Sequence record: MZ234025.1
Length of the DNA: 64,000 bases
Source: Escherichia phage vB_EcoM-172859UKE1
Strand: one strand, 5' to 3'
Shown piece by piece: positions 36,318-45,449 of this stretch. Position 1 is the stretch's first letter, and each line of letters opens with the position of its first letter. Under the pieces are notes generated by a model. That model did not search any database and had not been told where the DNA came from. It worked only from the letters and a program-made list of their open reading frames with translations. The position numbers and the translations under genes were made by a program.

Positions 36318-36611
36318 ATGAAAAAGTTATCATTGGCAGCAATCTTACTTGCAGTATCATGTGCACCGGCTCCAGTTACGGCAGGTTATGATAAAGACCT
36401 CTGTGAGTGGTCAATGACTGCAAATCAAGAAGATGTTGAACAACAAATCTTCTCTGATATCATGAACATCACTAAACGAGACCGTCCTAATATGGTTAAT
36501 AAAGTTGTTGAACAACTTAAGTCTGGCGGTAACATGCAGTACAACTATGTTTTGTATTGTGACCCTAATTTCGATAACAAAGATATCGTAACCGAAATCA
36601 CAGGTGAATAA
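36318..36611 (+). CDS. secreted protein, possible Spackle-like
   Basis: 97 aa with cleavable signal peptide; size and locus match T4 sp, sequence identity not verified. Confidence 0.45.
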   Translation: MKKLSLAAILLAVSCAPAPVTAGYDKDLCEWSMTANQEDVEQQIFSDIMNITKRDRPNMVNKVVEQLKSGGNMQYNYVLYCDPNFDNKDIVTEITGE

Positions 36612-36612
36612 C

Positions 36613-37263
36613 ATGATTTATTACATGCACAAAAATGCGCCATTTAAATATGGTAAATTTCCTAATGCGCAATGTTATAATATAACGCCGAATGAAAATA
36701 ATAACGGATATCATATTGGTGTAATTTTTGTAATTGTTAAAGATAACGAAATCGTTGCCTGGGCAGATTTTAAAGGTACAACATATGATGTTAATCCTGT
36801 GCCTTTCACATATTACAATATAATGGATTTGGCATATGATTATAATTGGTTTAATCATGACGCGTTGGTTCATATTGAAGGTGTAGGATTTGACATCTCC
36901 TATTCTAGCTATTCATTATGTCCTATGAGCCGAGCTCACGGTAAAGATGTATCATATCTTTCAATTCGGAAACGTGTAAACTTCAAACGTAGTACAGAGT
37001 ATGTTGGTGGACTCTTTGTTAAAGATAATAAAATAACCCGTATTAGTTATCCTCTAAGTGTAGGTCAAAAAGATGTTGATGTTGATTTAGACTTAACTGA
37101 AAATAACATTAATCATATTGCTTCTGTATATTTTGATATCGATGAAAAAATTGTAGTGTGTGGATACGAATTACCACCTGAAGAAAAGGCTGAAGCAATT
37201 GAAGTCGAATTAGAAATTTCTGTTGATGACCAAATATTTAATGCATTTATGAATCGAGGTTAA
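36613..37263 (+). CDS. hypothetical protein
   Basis: 216-aa ORF from ATG after AGGTGA (track start is GTG). Confidence 0.5.
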   Translation: MIYYMHKNAPFKYGKFPNAQCYNITPNENNNGYHIGVIFVIVKDNEIVAWADFKGTTYDVNPVPFTYYNIMDLAYDYNWFNHDALVHIEGVGFDISYSSYSLCPMSRAHGKDVSYLSIRKRVNFKRSTEYVGGLFVKDNKITRISYPLSVGQKDVDVDLDLTENNINHIASVYFDIDEKIVVCGYELPPEEKAEAIEVELEISVDDQIFNAFMNRG

Positions 37264-37264
37264 A

Positions 37265-37462
37265 ATGACTACTGCAATTTGCACGGGTTCTAAAATTAGT
37301 GTTTTTACAAGTTTTGAAGATTATGAAGTTGTTTCAAAACACCAATACCATATTAGCGTAAAAGCTAATGATGGTGTAATTTGGAATATTCCACAGTATG
37401 AAGGCACTACATATGAAGTCACAGATATAAATGGTGACAAAGCAATCTTTGTAATTGATTAA
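37265..37462 (+). CDS. hypothetical protein
   Basis: 65-aa ORF, TAAAATG-coupled. Confidence 0.45.
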   Translation: MTTAICTGSKISVFTSFEDYEVVSKHQYHISVKANDGVIWNIPQYEGTTYEVTDINGDKAIFVID

Positions 37463-37481
37463 ATATACTCAGGAGGTACCT

Positions 37482-37949
37482 ATGGGTATTATTAACACTG
37501 CAATAGATTCTGTTTACGCATATAAGTTTATTCGACTAATGCAAAAACCTTTTACCGAATGGAAAGCATACGAAGCCAAAATCATCGATGAACGTGGAAG
37601 TGTTCTTAAACGTCCTTCCACTCCTGAAGAGAAAGCGGCTTATACACCTTTTCATGCTTCAGTTCGTTCAATGAAGCGAATGATGAGCACTGTTCCAGGT
37701 CTTAATGGAATGGCCTCAATGATGTCTGCCTGGAGTGCTGTAGCTTCACGCTATAACATTACGGAAGAACAGCAGAAAGAAATATTTAAAGAACTCCCTT
37801 TATTTGAGGATATGGTTGCTGGTGATTCAGGTGGCAGCCCTCAAGCTATTGCATCAGGAACAACTACAGGTGCAGTAGTAAATAAAGGTCCAGAACAAAT
37901 TCCTTCCAAGAAAAGAAAGCGAATTAAAGTAAATATTAATAAGTTGTGA
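37482..37949 (+). CDS. hypothetical protein
   Basis: 155-aa ORF from ATG after AGGAGGT. Confidence 0.5.
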   Translation: MGIINTAIDSVYAYKFIRLMQKPFTEWKAYEAKIIDERGSVLKRPSTPEEKAAYTPFHASVRSMKRMMSTVPGLNGMASMMSAWSAVASRYNITEEQQKEIFKELPLFEDMVAGDSGGSPQAIASGTTTGAVVNKGPEQIPSKKRKRIKVNINKL

Positions 37950-37956
37950 TAAGATG

Positions 37957-37976
37957 GCCTTATTAATTTAAGGCCT
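37957..37976 (+). promoter_or_regulatory. stem-loop GGCCTTA/TAAGGCC immediately upstream of the gene 61 RBS
   Basis: Perfect 7-bp inverted repeat with 6-nt loop, no T-tract; followed by GGAG and ATG of gene 61. Confidence 0.35.
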
Positions 37977-37988
37977 CTGGAGAATACT

Positions 37989-39011
37989 ATGGCTGAATGG
38001 ATAGATAATGAATTTGCTTATCGCGCGTTTTCTCACCTACCTCGTTTTAGACAAATCAATAATTCAAGCACATTTAAATTAACATTTCGATGTCCAGTTT
38101 GTGGCGACTCCCAGACAGATGCAATGAAAGCTCGCGGATGGTATTATGGCGGTACTCCTGGTAATGTACATTGTTATAATTGCCAATACCACAATACAAT
38201 TTCCGGATACTTAAAAGAGTATGATGAAGAGCTTTATCGCGAATATCTAATGGAAGTTCGTAAAGAAAAAGCTAGAATGGAACCAAAGATTGAAAAGGTT
38301 CCTGAACATAAACCAGAACCGGAGAAAAAGACTATAAATTCTTTGCCGTCTTGTTCTCGTCTGGACAAGCTGCCCGAAGAGCATCCTATTGTGAAATATG
38401 TTAAGTCTCGGTGTATTCCTAAAGAATCGTGGAACAGATTATGGTTCACATTAGAATGGCCTAAATTGGTCAACAAGATTCAACCTGGTACGTATAAGAA
38501 AGAGATTCCCGAACCACGTTTAGTGATTCCTATTTTTAATAAAGACGGGAAGGCCGAGTCATTCCAAGGACGTGCACTTCGTAAAGATGCTCCTCAGAAA
38601 TATATCACTATTAAAGCGTTTGAGTCTGCAACAAAAATTTATGGTGTTGAACGTGTTAAGGAAGGAGACGTCTGGGTAATGGAAGGTCCTATTGATAGTT
38701 TATTCATACCCAATGCAATCGCTATTACAGGCGGCTCAATAGATTTAGATGTGGTACCATTTAAAGAACGTCGGGTATGGGTAATGGATAATGAACCTAG
38801 GCATCCAGATACTATAGCTCGTATGAAGCGATTAGTTGATGCAGGCGAACGTGTCATGTTCTGGGACCGAGCTCCATGGAGATCAAAGGATGTGAATGAT
38901 ATGGTAATGAAAGAAAATGCAACACCACAAGAAATTTTAGAATACATGAAACAGAATATTTCAAGTGGGTTGCATGCTAAAATGAGATTATCTCATTATT
39001 CTAAGATTTAA
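37989..39011 (+). CDS. 61: DNA primase gp61
   Basis: 340 aa; zinc ribbon FRCPVCGDS...HCYNC and ...WIDNEFAYRA... closely match T4 gp61. Confidence 0.95.
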   Translation: MAEWIDNEFAYRAFSHLPRFRQINNSSTFKLTFRCPVCGDSQTDAMKARGWYYGGTPGNVHCYNCQYHNTISGYLKEYDEELYREYLMEVRKEKARMEPKIEKVPEHKPEPEKKTINSLPSCSRLDKLPEEHPIVKYVKSRCIPKESWNRLWFTLEWPKLVNKIQPGTYKKEIPEPRLVIPIFNKDGKAESFQGRALRKDAPQKYITIKAFESATKIYGVERVKEGDVWVMEGPIDSLFIPNAIAITGGSIDLDVVPFKERRVWVMDNEPRHPDTIARMKRLVDAGERVMFWDRAPWRSKDVNDMVMKENATPQEILEYMKQNISSGLHAKMRLSHYSKI

Positions 39012-39205
39012 ACAAGCCCTATAATAGCAAAGGCCAAATCGACTACAGTATCCAATGGAACAGAAGGAACTATAATACCATTAGCAACTAACAATGGTGC
39101 GATACCGAAGTTCCATGAAATAATGCCACCTACAACTATTGCGGCGATAGCAGTTTTCTTTTTATTGCCTTTAATAGCATTGATTAACGATGGAAGTTTA
39201 AACAT
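39008..39205 (-). CDS. small membrane protein (convergent with gene 61)
   Basis: 65-aa hydrophobic ORF on - strand with strong AAGGAG RBS; 3' end overlaps gene 61 stop. Confidence 0.5.
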   Translation of the reverse strand: MFKLPSLINAIKGNKKKTAIAAIVVGGIISWNFGIAPLLVANGIIVPSVPLDTVVDLAFAIIGLV

Positions 39206-39293
39206 AATATCTCCTTAGTTACCTATTATTTATTACGCTTTATAAAATTAATGTTAGAATTAACTCTCTTATACTGAATTGAAAGGAAAAATA

Positions 39294-39815
39294 ATGGCAC
39301 ACTTTAACGAATGTTCACAACTTATTTCTGGTGTTGATAAAGCAGAAGAAGCTTATTTTAATGCTCTGATTCACGAAGATAAAGACCCACTGCAGGTAAT
39401 GCTTGATATGCAGAAATCTTTACAGGTTCGTCTGGCAAATGACAAGCCTGAACATAACAAACATCCTGATGAATTGGCTACTGCTGGTGATGTTGTTGAT
39501 TGGCTGCGTAATCAGAAAGATTATATTGATGATGAATTCCGTGAACTGCTGACTTCACTTGGTGGTATGAGCAATGGTGAAAAAGCCGCCAGCAGTGTAT
39601 GGAAGCCGTGGAAGGCACAACATGCTGAATATCGTAATCGTCGTATCGATGAACTGTCTCCTGAAGACCAGCTTGAAATTAAATTTGAGATGATTGATAT
39701 TCTGCACTTTGTTCTGAACATGTTCCAAGGTCTTGGGCTTTCTGCTGAAGAAATCTTTAAACTTTACTACTTGAAAAACCAACACAACTTTGAACGCCAG
39801 GATAACGGTTACTAA
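39294..39815 (+). CDS. 56: dCTP pyrophosphatase gp56 (MazG-like)
   Basis: MAHFNECSQLISGVDKAEEAYF...DPLQVMLDMQKSLQVRLAN closely matches T4 gp56; start at first ATG. Confidence 0.9.
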   Translation: MAHFNECSQLISGVDKAEEAYFNALIHEDKDPLQVMLDMQKSLQVRLANDKPEHNKHPDELATAGDVVDWLRNQKDYIDDEFRELLTSLGGMSNGEKAASSVWKPWKAQHAEYRNRRIDELSPEDQLEIKFEMIDILHFVLNMFQGLGLSAEEIFKLYYLKNQHNFERQDNGY

Positions 39816-39821
39816 TTAAGT

Positions 39822-39829
39822 TATAAATA
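39822..39829 (+). promoter_or_regulatory. late promoter TATAAATA upstream of soc
   Basis: Exact TATAAATA ~30 nt upstream of the soc start. Confidence 0.5.
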
Positions 39830-39860
39830 CACCTGTAATTAAACAACAAAGGAGTTAATT

Positions 39861-40097
39861 ATGGGTGGTTACGTTAATATCAAAACCTTTACACATCCGG
39901 CTGGCGAAGGCAAAGAAGTTAAAGGTATGGAAGTTTCTGTACCGTTTGAGATTTATTCAAACGAACATCGAATTGCAGATTCCCATTACCAAATCTTTCC
40001 GTCAGAAAAGGCAGCTTATTCTGATGTCGTTTCTGATGCAGCAACTTGGAAAACTAAGAACGCTGCAATGTTTACCCCTACGCCAGTAAGCGGTTAA
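39861..40097 (+). CDS. soc: small outer capsid protein Soc
   Basis: 78 aa; GYVNIKTF...HYQIFPSEKAAYS resembles T4 Soc. Confidence 0.8.
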   Translation: MGGYVNIKTFTHPAGEGKEVKGMEVSVPFEIYSNEHRIADSHYQIFPSEKAAYSDVVSDAATWKTKNAAMFTPTPVSG

Positions 40098-40104
40098 ATA
40101 ATTT

Positions 40105-40136
40105 AAGGAATCCTTCGGGATTCCTTTTTTTTTTTG
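40105..40136 (+). terminator. rho-independent terminator
   Basis: AGGAATCC-ttcg-GGATTCCT hairpin followed by 11 T. Confidence 0.85.
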
Positions 40137-40144
40137 TTTCTACA

Positions 40145-40174
40145 GTTTACAACCACTAAAAACTGTGTTAAGAT
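40145..40174 (+). promoter_or_regulatory. early promoter GTTTAC / TAAGAT
   Basis: GTTTAC 40145-40150, 18-bp spacer, TAAGAT 40169-40174. Confidence 0.5.
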
Positions 40175-40202
40175 ATTCTTACTTACTCAAGAGGAGAACA
40201 AT

Positions 40203-40430
40203 ATGTTAAATCGTTGGATTAAACCTAATAACACATTAGGTGCTTTGATTGCTCAAGAAGTTTCGTTGAAATACGGTCTTGGATATTACGATGATGTAGT
40301 CGTACACTCATTCATGATGGATGGTGAAGACGTCAAATTTAATGCCGAAATCCGTTGGGATGATGGTGGTGTTCGTTTTGTTCGAGGAACAATTAATGCT
40401 TACGATACTGAAGAAGTTGTTTGCTGTTAA
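40203..40430 (+). CDS. hypothetical protein
   Basis: 75-aa ORF from ATG after AAGAGGAGAACAAT. Confidence 0.45.
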   Translation: MLNRWIKPNNTLGALIAQEVSLKYGLGYYDDVVVHSFMMDGEDVKFNAEIRWDDGGVRFVRGTINAYDTEEVVCC

Positions 40431-40445
40431 ACCAGGCGAAGGTAT

Positions 40446-40632
40446 GATGCCTATTCCTGATACACATGAAAAGGCTTGGGAATACATTGGTGACGGCATG
40501 ATGGAAGAAGTTATTCGTCCTAAGTCTGCTTCAAACTCTTCAAGTTATAATCATTCATACGTATCGTCTTGGTCTGGTGATTCTGGGTCAAGTTATTCTG
40601 ATTGTGATTCAAGCTCAGGGAGCTGCGAATGA
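40446..40632 (+). CDS. hypothetical protein with Ser-rich low-complexity C-terminus
   Basis: 62-aa ORF; tail SSSYNHSYVSSWSGDSGSSYSDCDSSSGSCE. Confidence 0.35.
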
Positions 40633-40808
40633 ACAAGATAGTTAAATGGTTTAAAAGCTGGGACGATGGTGTCGGTCCAGAAGATTGGCTGGATGTTCTT
40701 GAAGAGAATATGGCTAAAGAATTCCAGAAACATGAAGAAAAGCTCGTCGAAGATGAAGGCGAACGTATTGTAAAACTTTATATGGGTGAACCATCGAGGA
40801 AATTATAA
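40629..40808 (+). CDS. hypothetical protein
   Basis: 59-aa ORF, ATGA-coupled. Confidence 0.35.
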   Translation: MNKIVKWFKSWDDGVGPEDWLDVLEENMAKEFQKHEEKLVEDEGERIVKLYMGEPSRKL

Positions 40809-41272
40809 TGGATGCTATGCTATTTAAAATGTATTTGCTTGAAGCCAAGTCATTTAAACATATACCAGTGGAAGATAAGACTCCACTAGAAATAGCTATT
40901 CTCATTAACAAAAGTCTAAATAATCCGCAATATATCGTAGAAGAATTCTGCAAATTGCAGATTCCTAAAGGTTACAAAATTCGTGTAGAGCGAGTTGGAG
41001 CTATTACTCGTTCTAAAAATTCTCCGTTTAGTCTTGAAGAAGGCATAAAGGACTTAGGTTATGAATCTACGGAAAATGCAGTTTATGTGAATCCTGAAAA
41101 GCGTTTAGACTTGTTTGAAAAGCGAGACCATAAGTATTTTGCCAAAAAATACTTTATTACATCATTAGCAGATTTAGTCCATTTGCAACGAGCTATTTGG
41201 AAATTTTTTAAGACAAAAGGTGTAGCACTAGAAACATTCTCTGAACCGGCTAGTTTTTATCTAGGTGAATAA
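40808..41272 (+). CDS. hypothetical protein
   Basis: 154-aa ORF. Confidence 0.5.
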   Translation: MDAMLFKMYLLEAKSFKHIPVEDKTPLEIAILINKSLNNPQYIVEEFCKLQIPKGYKIRVERVGAITRSKNSPFSLEEGIKDLGYESTENAVYVNPEKRLDLFEKRDHKYFAKKYFITSLADLVHLQRAIWKFFKTKGVALETFSEPASFYLGE

Positions 41273-41273
41273 T

Positions 41274-41453
41274 ATGGACCTTATGAGTATGTTTGACGAG
41301 CCTGAAGTTGAGGCTCCTAAAGTGCATCGTAGTGAACTTGTTGATGAACTAGATAGTATTATACAACGACACGGCTTTAGTTTACCTGTTGAAGCCCTGA
41401 AAGACCTTGCATCTTATTATGACGACCCTCCACCATGGAGTCCTTGGAAATGA
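41274..41453 (+). CDS. hypothetical acidic protein
   Basis: 59-aa ORF from first ATG (track start GTG). Confidence 0.4.
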   Translation: MDLMSMFDEPEVEAPKVHRSELVDELDSIIQRHGFSLPVEALKDLASYYDDPPPWSPWK

Positions 41454-41614
41454 AAGAGAAATTGAAAGAGAAATTCTTACTAGAAATCAAGGAAAAAGAC
41501 TTTGAGACATGGTATCGAATGGTGAAAGGGCTGACATTGCTTTTTAAAGCATCGTTATTCATGTTAGAACAACCTGGTCCTGATGGGCCTTTAGTAGGAA
41601 AGCTTAAAAAGTAG
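41450..41614 (+). CDS. hypothetical protein
   Basis: 54-aa ORF, ATGA-coupled. Confidence 0.3.
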   Translation: MKEKLKEKFLLEIKEKDFETWYRMVKGLTLLFKASLFMLEQPGPDGPLVGKLKK

Positions 41615-41642
41615 TTTACATTCCCTCCTCTCGTGTTATGAT
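41614..41642 (+). promoter_or_regulatory. early promoter GTTTAC / TATGAT
   Basis: GTTTAC 41614-41619, 17-bp spacer, TATGAT 41637-41642. Confidence 0.5.
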
Positions 41643-41669
41643 AGGCTTATCTTTAAATGGAGGTCTATC

Positions 41670-42251
41670 ATGACATGTCAATCTGAACTTCAAGAACGCG
41701 AATACCTAACAAATCTGATTGATAGCAAATTCACCCGCCAAGAACAAAACATTCTCTGGGCCTGCACCGATTCTAAGGAAGACCCGGATTTCCACTATGA
41801 ATTAGACCATCTTGTTCGTAAGCATATGACTTCTACAGTGCCAGTAGAACTCTACCGTGGTGTAACTCCAGAAGAAGTAGAACGTCTTTCCCTTCTTTCT
41901 GTGGGATGCCATTGGTCTCCTGGACGAGTAACATCGTTCACAACTGATTTCAGTACAGCTCGTCAATTCTCCGGGAGATGGGAATATCAGACGTACACTA
42001 TTCTTAGTCTCAGGAATGCTCCATTCATTTTTGATTACTACCAAAACATGGTTAACATTGTACTTGCCGGAAAGAACCCTAAGCATGTTATGGAAGAAAC
42101 GCGTGTTGACGTCCTAGATATGATTGAATCTGAACAAGAATACATGGTCTCAGGTATCTCTAGATTTGAGATTGTGGAAATTGAAGAGTTAGAGTATGAC
42201 CCTTTGTCTCGAGTATACAAAATCATTCACTTAAAGATGTTGAATTTTTAG
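41670..42251 (+). CDS. mono-ADP-ribosyltransferase (ModA/ModB-like)
   Basis: 193 aa; R-S-E-type motif set: LYRGV, SFTTDFSTARQF, EQEYMV; locus matches T4 modA/modB. Confidence 0.65.
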   Translation: MTCQSELQEREYLTNLIDSKFTRQEQNILWACTDSKEDPDFHYELDHLVRKHMTSTVPVELYRGVTPEEVERLSLLSVGCHWSPGRVTSFTTDFSTARQFSGRWEYQTYTILSLRNAPFIFDYYQNMVNIVLAGKNPKHVMEETRVDVLDMIESEQEYMVSGISRFEIVEIEELEYDPLSRVYKIIHLKMLNF

Positions 42252-42252
42252 T

Positions 42253-42280
42253 GTACAAACTCTACCTACGATGATACTAT
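42253..42280 (+). promoter_or_regulatory. early promoter TGTACA / TACTAT
   Basis: TGTACA 42253-42258, 16-bp spacer, TACTAT 42275-42280. Confidence 0.5.
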
Positions 42281-42308
42281 ACTTTTATCAACCACAGGAG
42301 AAACCTAA

Positions 42309-42917
42309 ATGTTTATGCCGTATAACGAGTGTGAAATTGAAGAAATGGTTCGTCGTGCTCAAAACCCCGAATATCAAGATGTATTGCAGTACGAAATTGA
42401 TAGTCAATTCAGCGACATTGAACAAAGTGTACTGTGGCAGTGTATGGAAAACAAGCCAGACTGTATTCAACAGGAGTTAAGTTCAATCGTTCGTAGAAAT
42501 TGGACGTCTTCTGTTCCTGAGACAATGTATCGTGGAATCTCTAAGAAAACTATGGCCACACTCGATGATAAAGGTATTGGTAGTATTATTAAATTTGACA
42601 GAGTAATGAGCTTCAGCCCAGTGTTCGGTGTAGCACGTAACTTTGCTTCGTATAATTTTTACGGAACATTTAATATGTTCTGCATCAAAGATGCACCATT
42701 TGCTTTCAACTTCCGTGAACATATGCTTAATATGATTCTGGCTGCACCATCTTGTGAGTTCAATGGAGCTTTCCCTGAAGCGACAAGACGGTCTAATGCT
42801 AGACTTATATCTGACGAATGTGAATTTATGCTCCCTATAGGGACTACACTGCGTGTAGATTCTATTATTCAAGATGGACGTTATACAATCTGGAATCTGT
42901 CTATTGTCAGTTACTGA
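42309..42917 (+). CDS. mono-ADP-ribosyltransferase (ModA/ModB-like paralog)
   Basis: 202 aa; MYRGI, SFSPVFGVARNF, ECEFML in the same order as the upstream paralog. Confidence 0.65.
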   Translation: MFMPYNECEIEEMVRRAQNPEYQDVLQYEIDSQFSDIEQSVLWQCMENKPDCIQQELSSIVRRNWTSSVPETMYRGISKKTMATLDDKGIGSIIKFDRVMSFSPVFGVARNFASYNFYGTFNMFCIKDAPFAFNFREHMLNMILAAPSCEFNGAFPEATRRSNARLISDECEFMLPIGTTLRVDSIIQDGRYTIWNLSIVSY

Positions 42918-42992
42918 CTGAATTGGAATAACCGGATGGAACTCAGAACCATTATAACACATAAAAAATTAAAGCATTTTATGAAAAAAGAG

Positions 42993-43020
42993 TGTACACT
43001 ACCTGAGGGCATGATATTAT
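42993..43020 (+). promoter_or_regulatory. early promoter TGTACA / TATTAT
   Basis: TGTACA 42993-42998, 16-bp spacer, TATTAT 43015-43020. Confidence 0.45.
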
Positions 43021-43069
43021 AAGCTTATCAGCTAAATGACCTAACGTCCGTAAGACAGAGGAAAATATT

Positions 43070-43816
43070 ATGTTGTCAAATAATAAAATTAACAAAATCA
43101 ATCGTCGTCTTGACCACACCAGAGCTTCTGCGAAGAGACGCTCTAAGGATTTTAACTTAGACTTTAATTACCTTAAAAACATTCTTGATCAAAAGGTCTG
43201 CGCTTACTCAGGTGAATCTTTTAATAACTCTGTTGAAGGTGAGAAATTATCCTTAGAACGTTTTAATAATGATATCGGCTACATTAAAGGTAATGTTATC
43301 CCAGTTAAGAAAAAATATAACACGGCTCGTTCTGATTTAACATTAGAAGAACTTATTGAGAAACGTGATGCCATTGCAAGACGTATCGCTAATCCTTCCG
43401 CCCGTAAAGTAGAGAAACTTAATCTCGACGAGAAGAAATGGGCCCAAATTAAAAAGGTTTATGGTACTATTTTAAAAATCCGAGCAAAACGTGAAAATCG
43501 TGTTAAGCATATGGCAAACATGATGAAAAATCAACCTTTATCTAACGAATCTAAACTTAGAATTGTTGCTTTGAAAGCACGCATTAATGGCTCACATCAA
43601 GCAGAAGGCCATGAACTTACTAAACTCAACGTTCTTCTTAAAGGCTCTGACTGGAAAACTAAAACTAAATTAACTGACGCTGAATCGCTTTTCGATACAT
43701 ATGATAAAGTTATCCAAGGTCTGCAACGTTTTGAAAAGATTGGTTTCATTGGTAAATTAAAATTGAAACGTGGCTTACCACTTAGCGCATCATTATTCCA
43801 ACTGATTAAAGGTTAA
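43070..43816 (+). CDS. Srd-like protein (position of T4 srd)
   Basis: 248-aa basic protein between modB-like and dda, as in T4; sequence identity not verified. Confidence 0.5.
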   Translation: MLSNNKINKINRRLDHTRASAKRRSKDFNLDFNYLKNILDQKVCAYSGESFNNSVEGEKLSLERFNNDIGYIKGNVIPVKKKYNTARSDLTLEELIEKRDAIARRIANPSARKVEKLNLDEKKWAQIKKVYGTILKIRAKRENRVKHMANMMKNQPLSNESKLRIVALKARINGSHQAEGHELTKLNVLLKGSDWKTKTKLTDAESLFDTYDKVIQGLQRFEKIGFIGKLKLKRGLPLSASLFQLIKG

Positions 43817-43818
43817 TT

Positions 43819-44130
43819 ATGGTTTATGTATATGCAATAGTTTATCGAGATATGGAAGGATTTACTGTCCCGGTTCCACTTGATGAGCATCGTCCTGCAG
43901 TATTTTTTAGAAAAGATATTGCAGATAAAGTTTTCGATACTTTGAAAACACAGTATAAAACGGATTTAAAAATGGGAGTTCTAAGAATGGTCGAAACTCC
44001 GCGTAAGTTCTGGTTTAATAAGCTTGAAATGAAACACGTTAAACTAGATGCGGAGACGCAAAAATTGTATCAACGAATCCTGGACACAGGACGTATTGTT
44101 AGTATTCCAATTGCAGGGACTTTACGATGA
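43819..44130 (+). CDS. hypothetical protein
   Basis: 103-aa ORF immediately upstream of dda. Confidence 0.5.
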   Translation: MVYVYAIVYRDMEGFTVPVPLDEHRPAVFFRKDIADKVFDTLKTQYKTDLKMGVLRMVETPRKFWFNKLEMKHVKLDAETQKLYQRILDTGRIVSIPIAGTLR

Positions 44131-45440
44131 CATTTGATGATTTGACTGAAGGCCAGAAAAACGCCTTCAACGTTGTTATGAACGCTATTAAAGAAAAGAA
44201 ACATCACGTAACTATTAATGGGCCTGCTGGTACAGGTAAAACAACCCTTACTAGATTCATCGTTGAAGCCCTTATTTCTTCTGGAGAATCAGGTATTATT
44301 TTAGCAGCCCCTACACATGCTGCTAAAAAGGTTCTAAGCAAACTTGCGGGTCAAGAAGCATCGACTATTCATAGCATTCTTAAAATCAACCCAACTACAT
44401 ACGAAGAAAACGTATTATTTGAACAGAAAAAGGTTCCAGACTTAGCCTTGTGTCGTGTACTGTTATTTGATGAAGCGTCAATGTGCGACCGTTCTCTGTT
44501 TAAAATAATGTTAGCTAGTATCCCTAAATGGTGTACAGTAATTGGAATCGGCGACCGATGCCAGATTCGTCCGGTAGACCCAGGCGAATCAACTGCGTAT
44601 CTAAGTCCTTTCTTCACTCACAAAGACTTCGTGCAATGCAACCTTACAGAAGTTAAACGTAGCAATGCACCAATTATTGATGTTGCGACTGATATTCGTA
44701 ACGGCAAATGGATTTACGATAAAGTAGTTGATGGGCACGGTGTTCACGGATATACAGACCTTAAATCGTATATGATGAACTATTTTAACGTCGTTAAAAC
44801 TCCTGAAGACCTTTTCGAAAATCGAATGATGGCATTCACAAATAAGTCGGTGGACAAGTTAAATTCAATTATTCGCCGAAAACTTCTTGAAACAGAAAAA
44901 CCATTTATTAAAGACGAAGTCATTGTTCTACAAGAGCCGTTTACTAAGACATATAAGCTAGATGGTAAAAATATGACCGAAATGCTTTTCAATAACGGTC
45001 AATTCGTTCGTATTCGAGATGCTGTAGAAACTTCTACATTCGTTAAAGCACGTGGTGTTTCAGGCGAATATATGATACGATACTGGAATCTTACAGTAGA
45101 AACGTATGGGGATGATGAAGAATACATCCGCGAAGATATAAAGGTTATTTCTTCTGAAGAAGAGCTTTATAAATTCAATTTGTTTTTGGCTAAGACCGCA
45201 GAAACATACAAATTTTGGAATAAAGGTGGTAAAGCTCCATGGAGCGAATTCTGGGATGCTAAACGTATGTTCACTAAGGTGAAGGCACTACCAGTATCAA
45301 CCTTCCATAAGGCCCAGGGTATGTCTGTTGACACGGCCTTTGTTTATACACCGTGTATCCATTACGCCGATTCAGAATTAGCTAAACAGTTATTGTATGT
45401 CGGCACAACTCGTGGTCGGTTTGACGTCCATTTTATTTGA
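44127..45440 (+). CDS. dda: DNA helicase Dda (SF1)
   Basis: 437 aa; MTFDDLTEGQKNAFN...HHVTINGPAGTGKTTL near-identical to T4 Dda. Confidence 0.95.
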   Translation: MTFDDLTEGQKNAFNVVMNAIKEKKHHVTINGPAGTGKTTLTRFIVEALISSGESGIILAAPTHAAKKVLSKLAGQEASTIHSILKINPTTYEENVLFEQKKVPDLALCRVLLFDEASMCDRSLFKIMLASIPKWCTVIGIGDRCQIRPVDPGESTAYLSPFFTHKDFVQCNLTEVKRSNAPIIDVATDIRNGKWIYDKVVDGHGVHGYTDLKSYMMNYFNVVKTPEDLFENRMMAFTNKSVDKLNSIIRRKLLETEKPFIKDEVIVLQEPFTKTYKLDGKNMTEMLFNNGQFVRIRDAVETSTFVKARGVSGEYMIRYWNLTVETYGDDEEYIREDIKVISSEEELYKFNLFLAKTAETYKFWNKGGKAPWSEFWDAKRMFTKVKALPVSTFHKAQGMSVDTAFVYTPCIHYADSELAKQLLYVGTTRGRFDVHFI

Positions 45441-45449
45441 GAGAAAATT

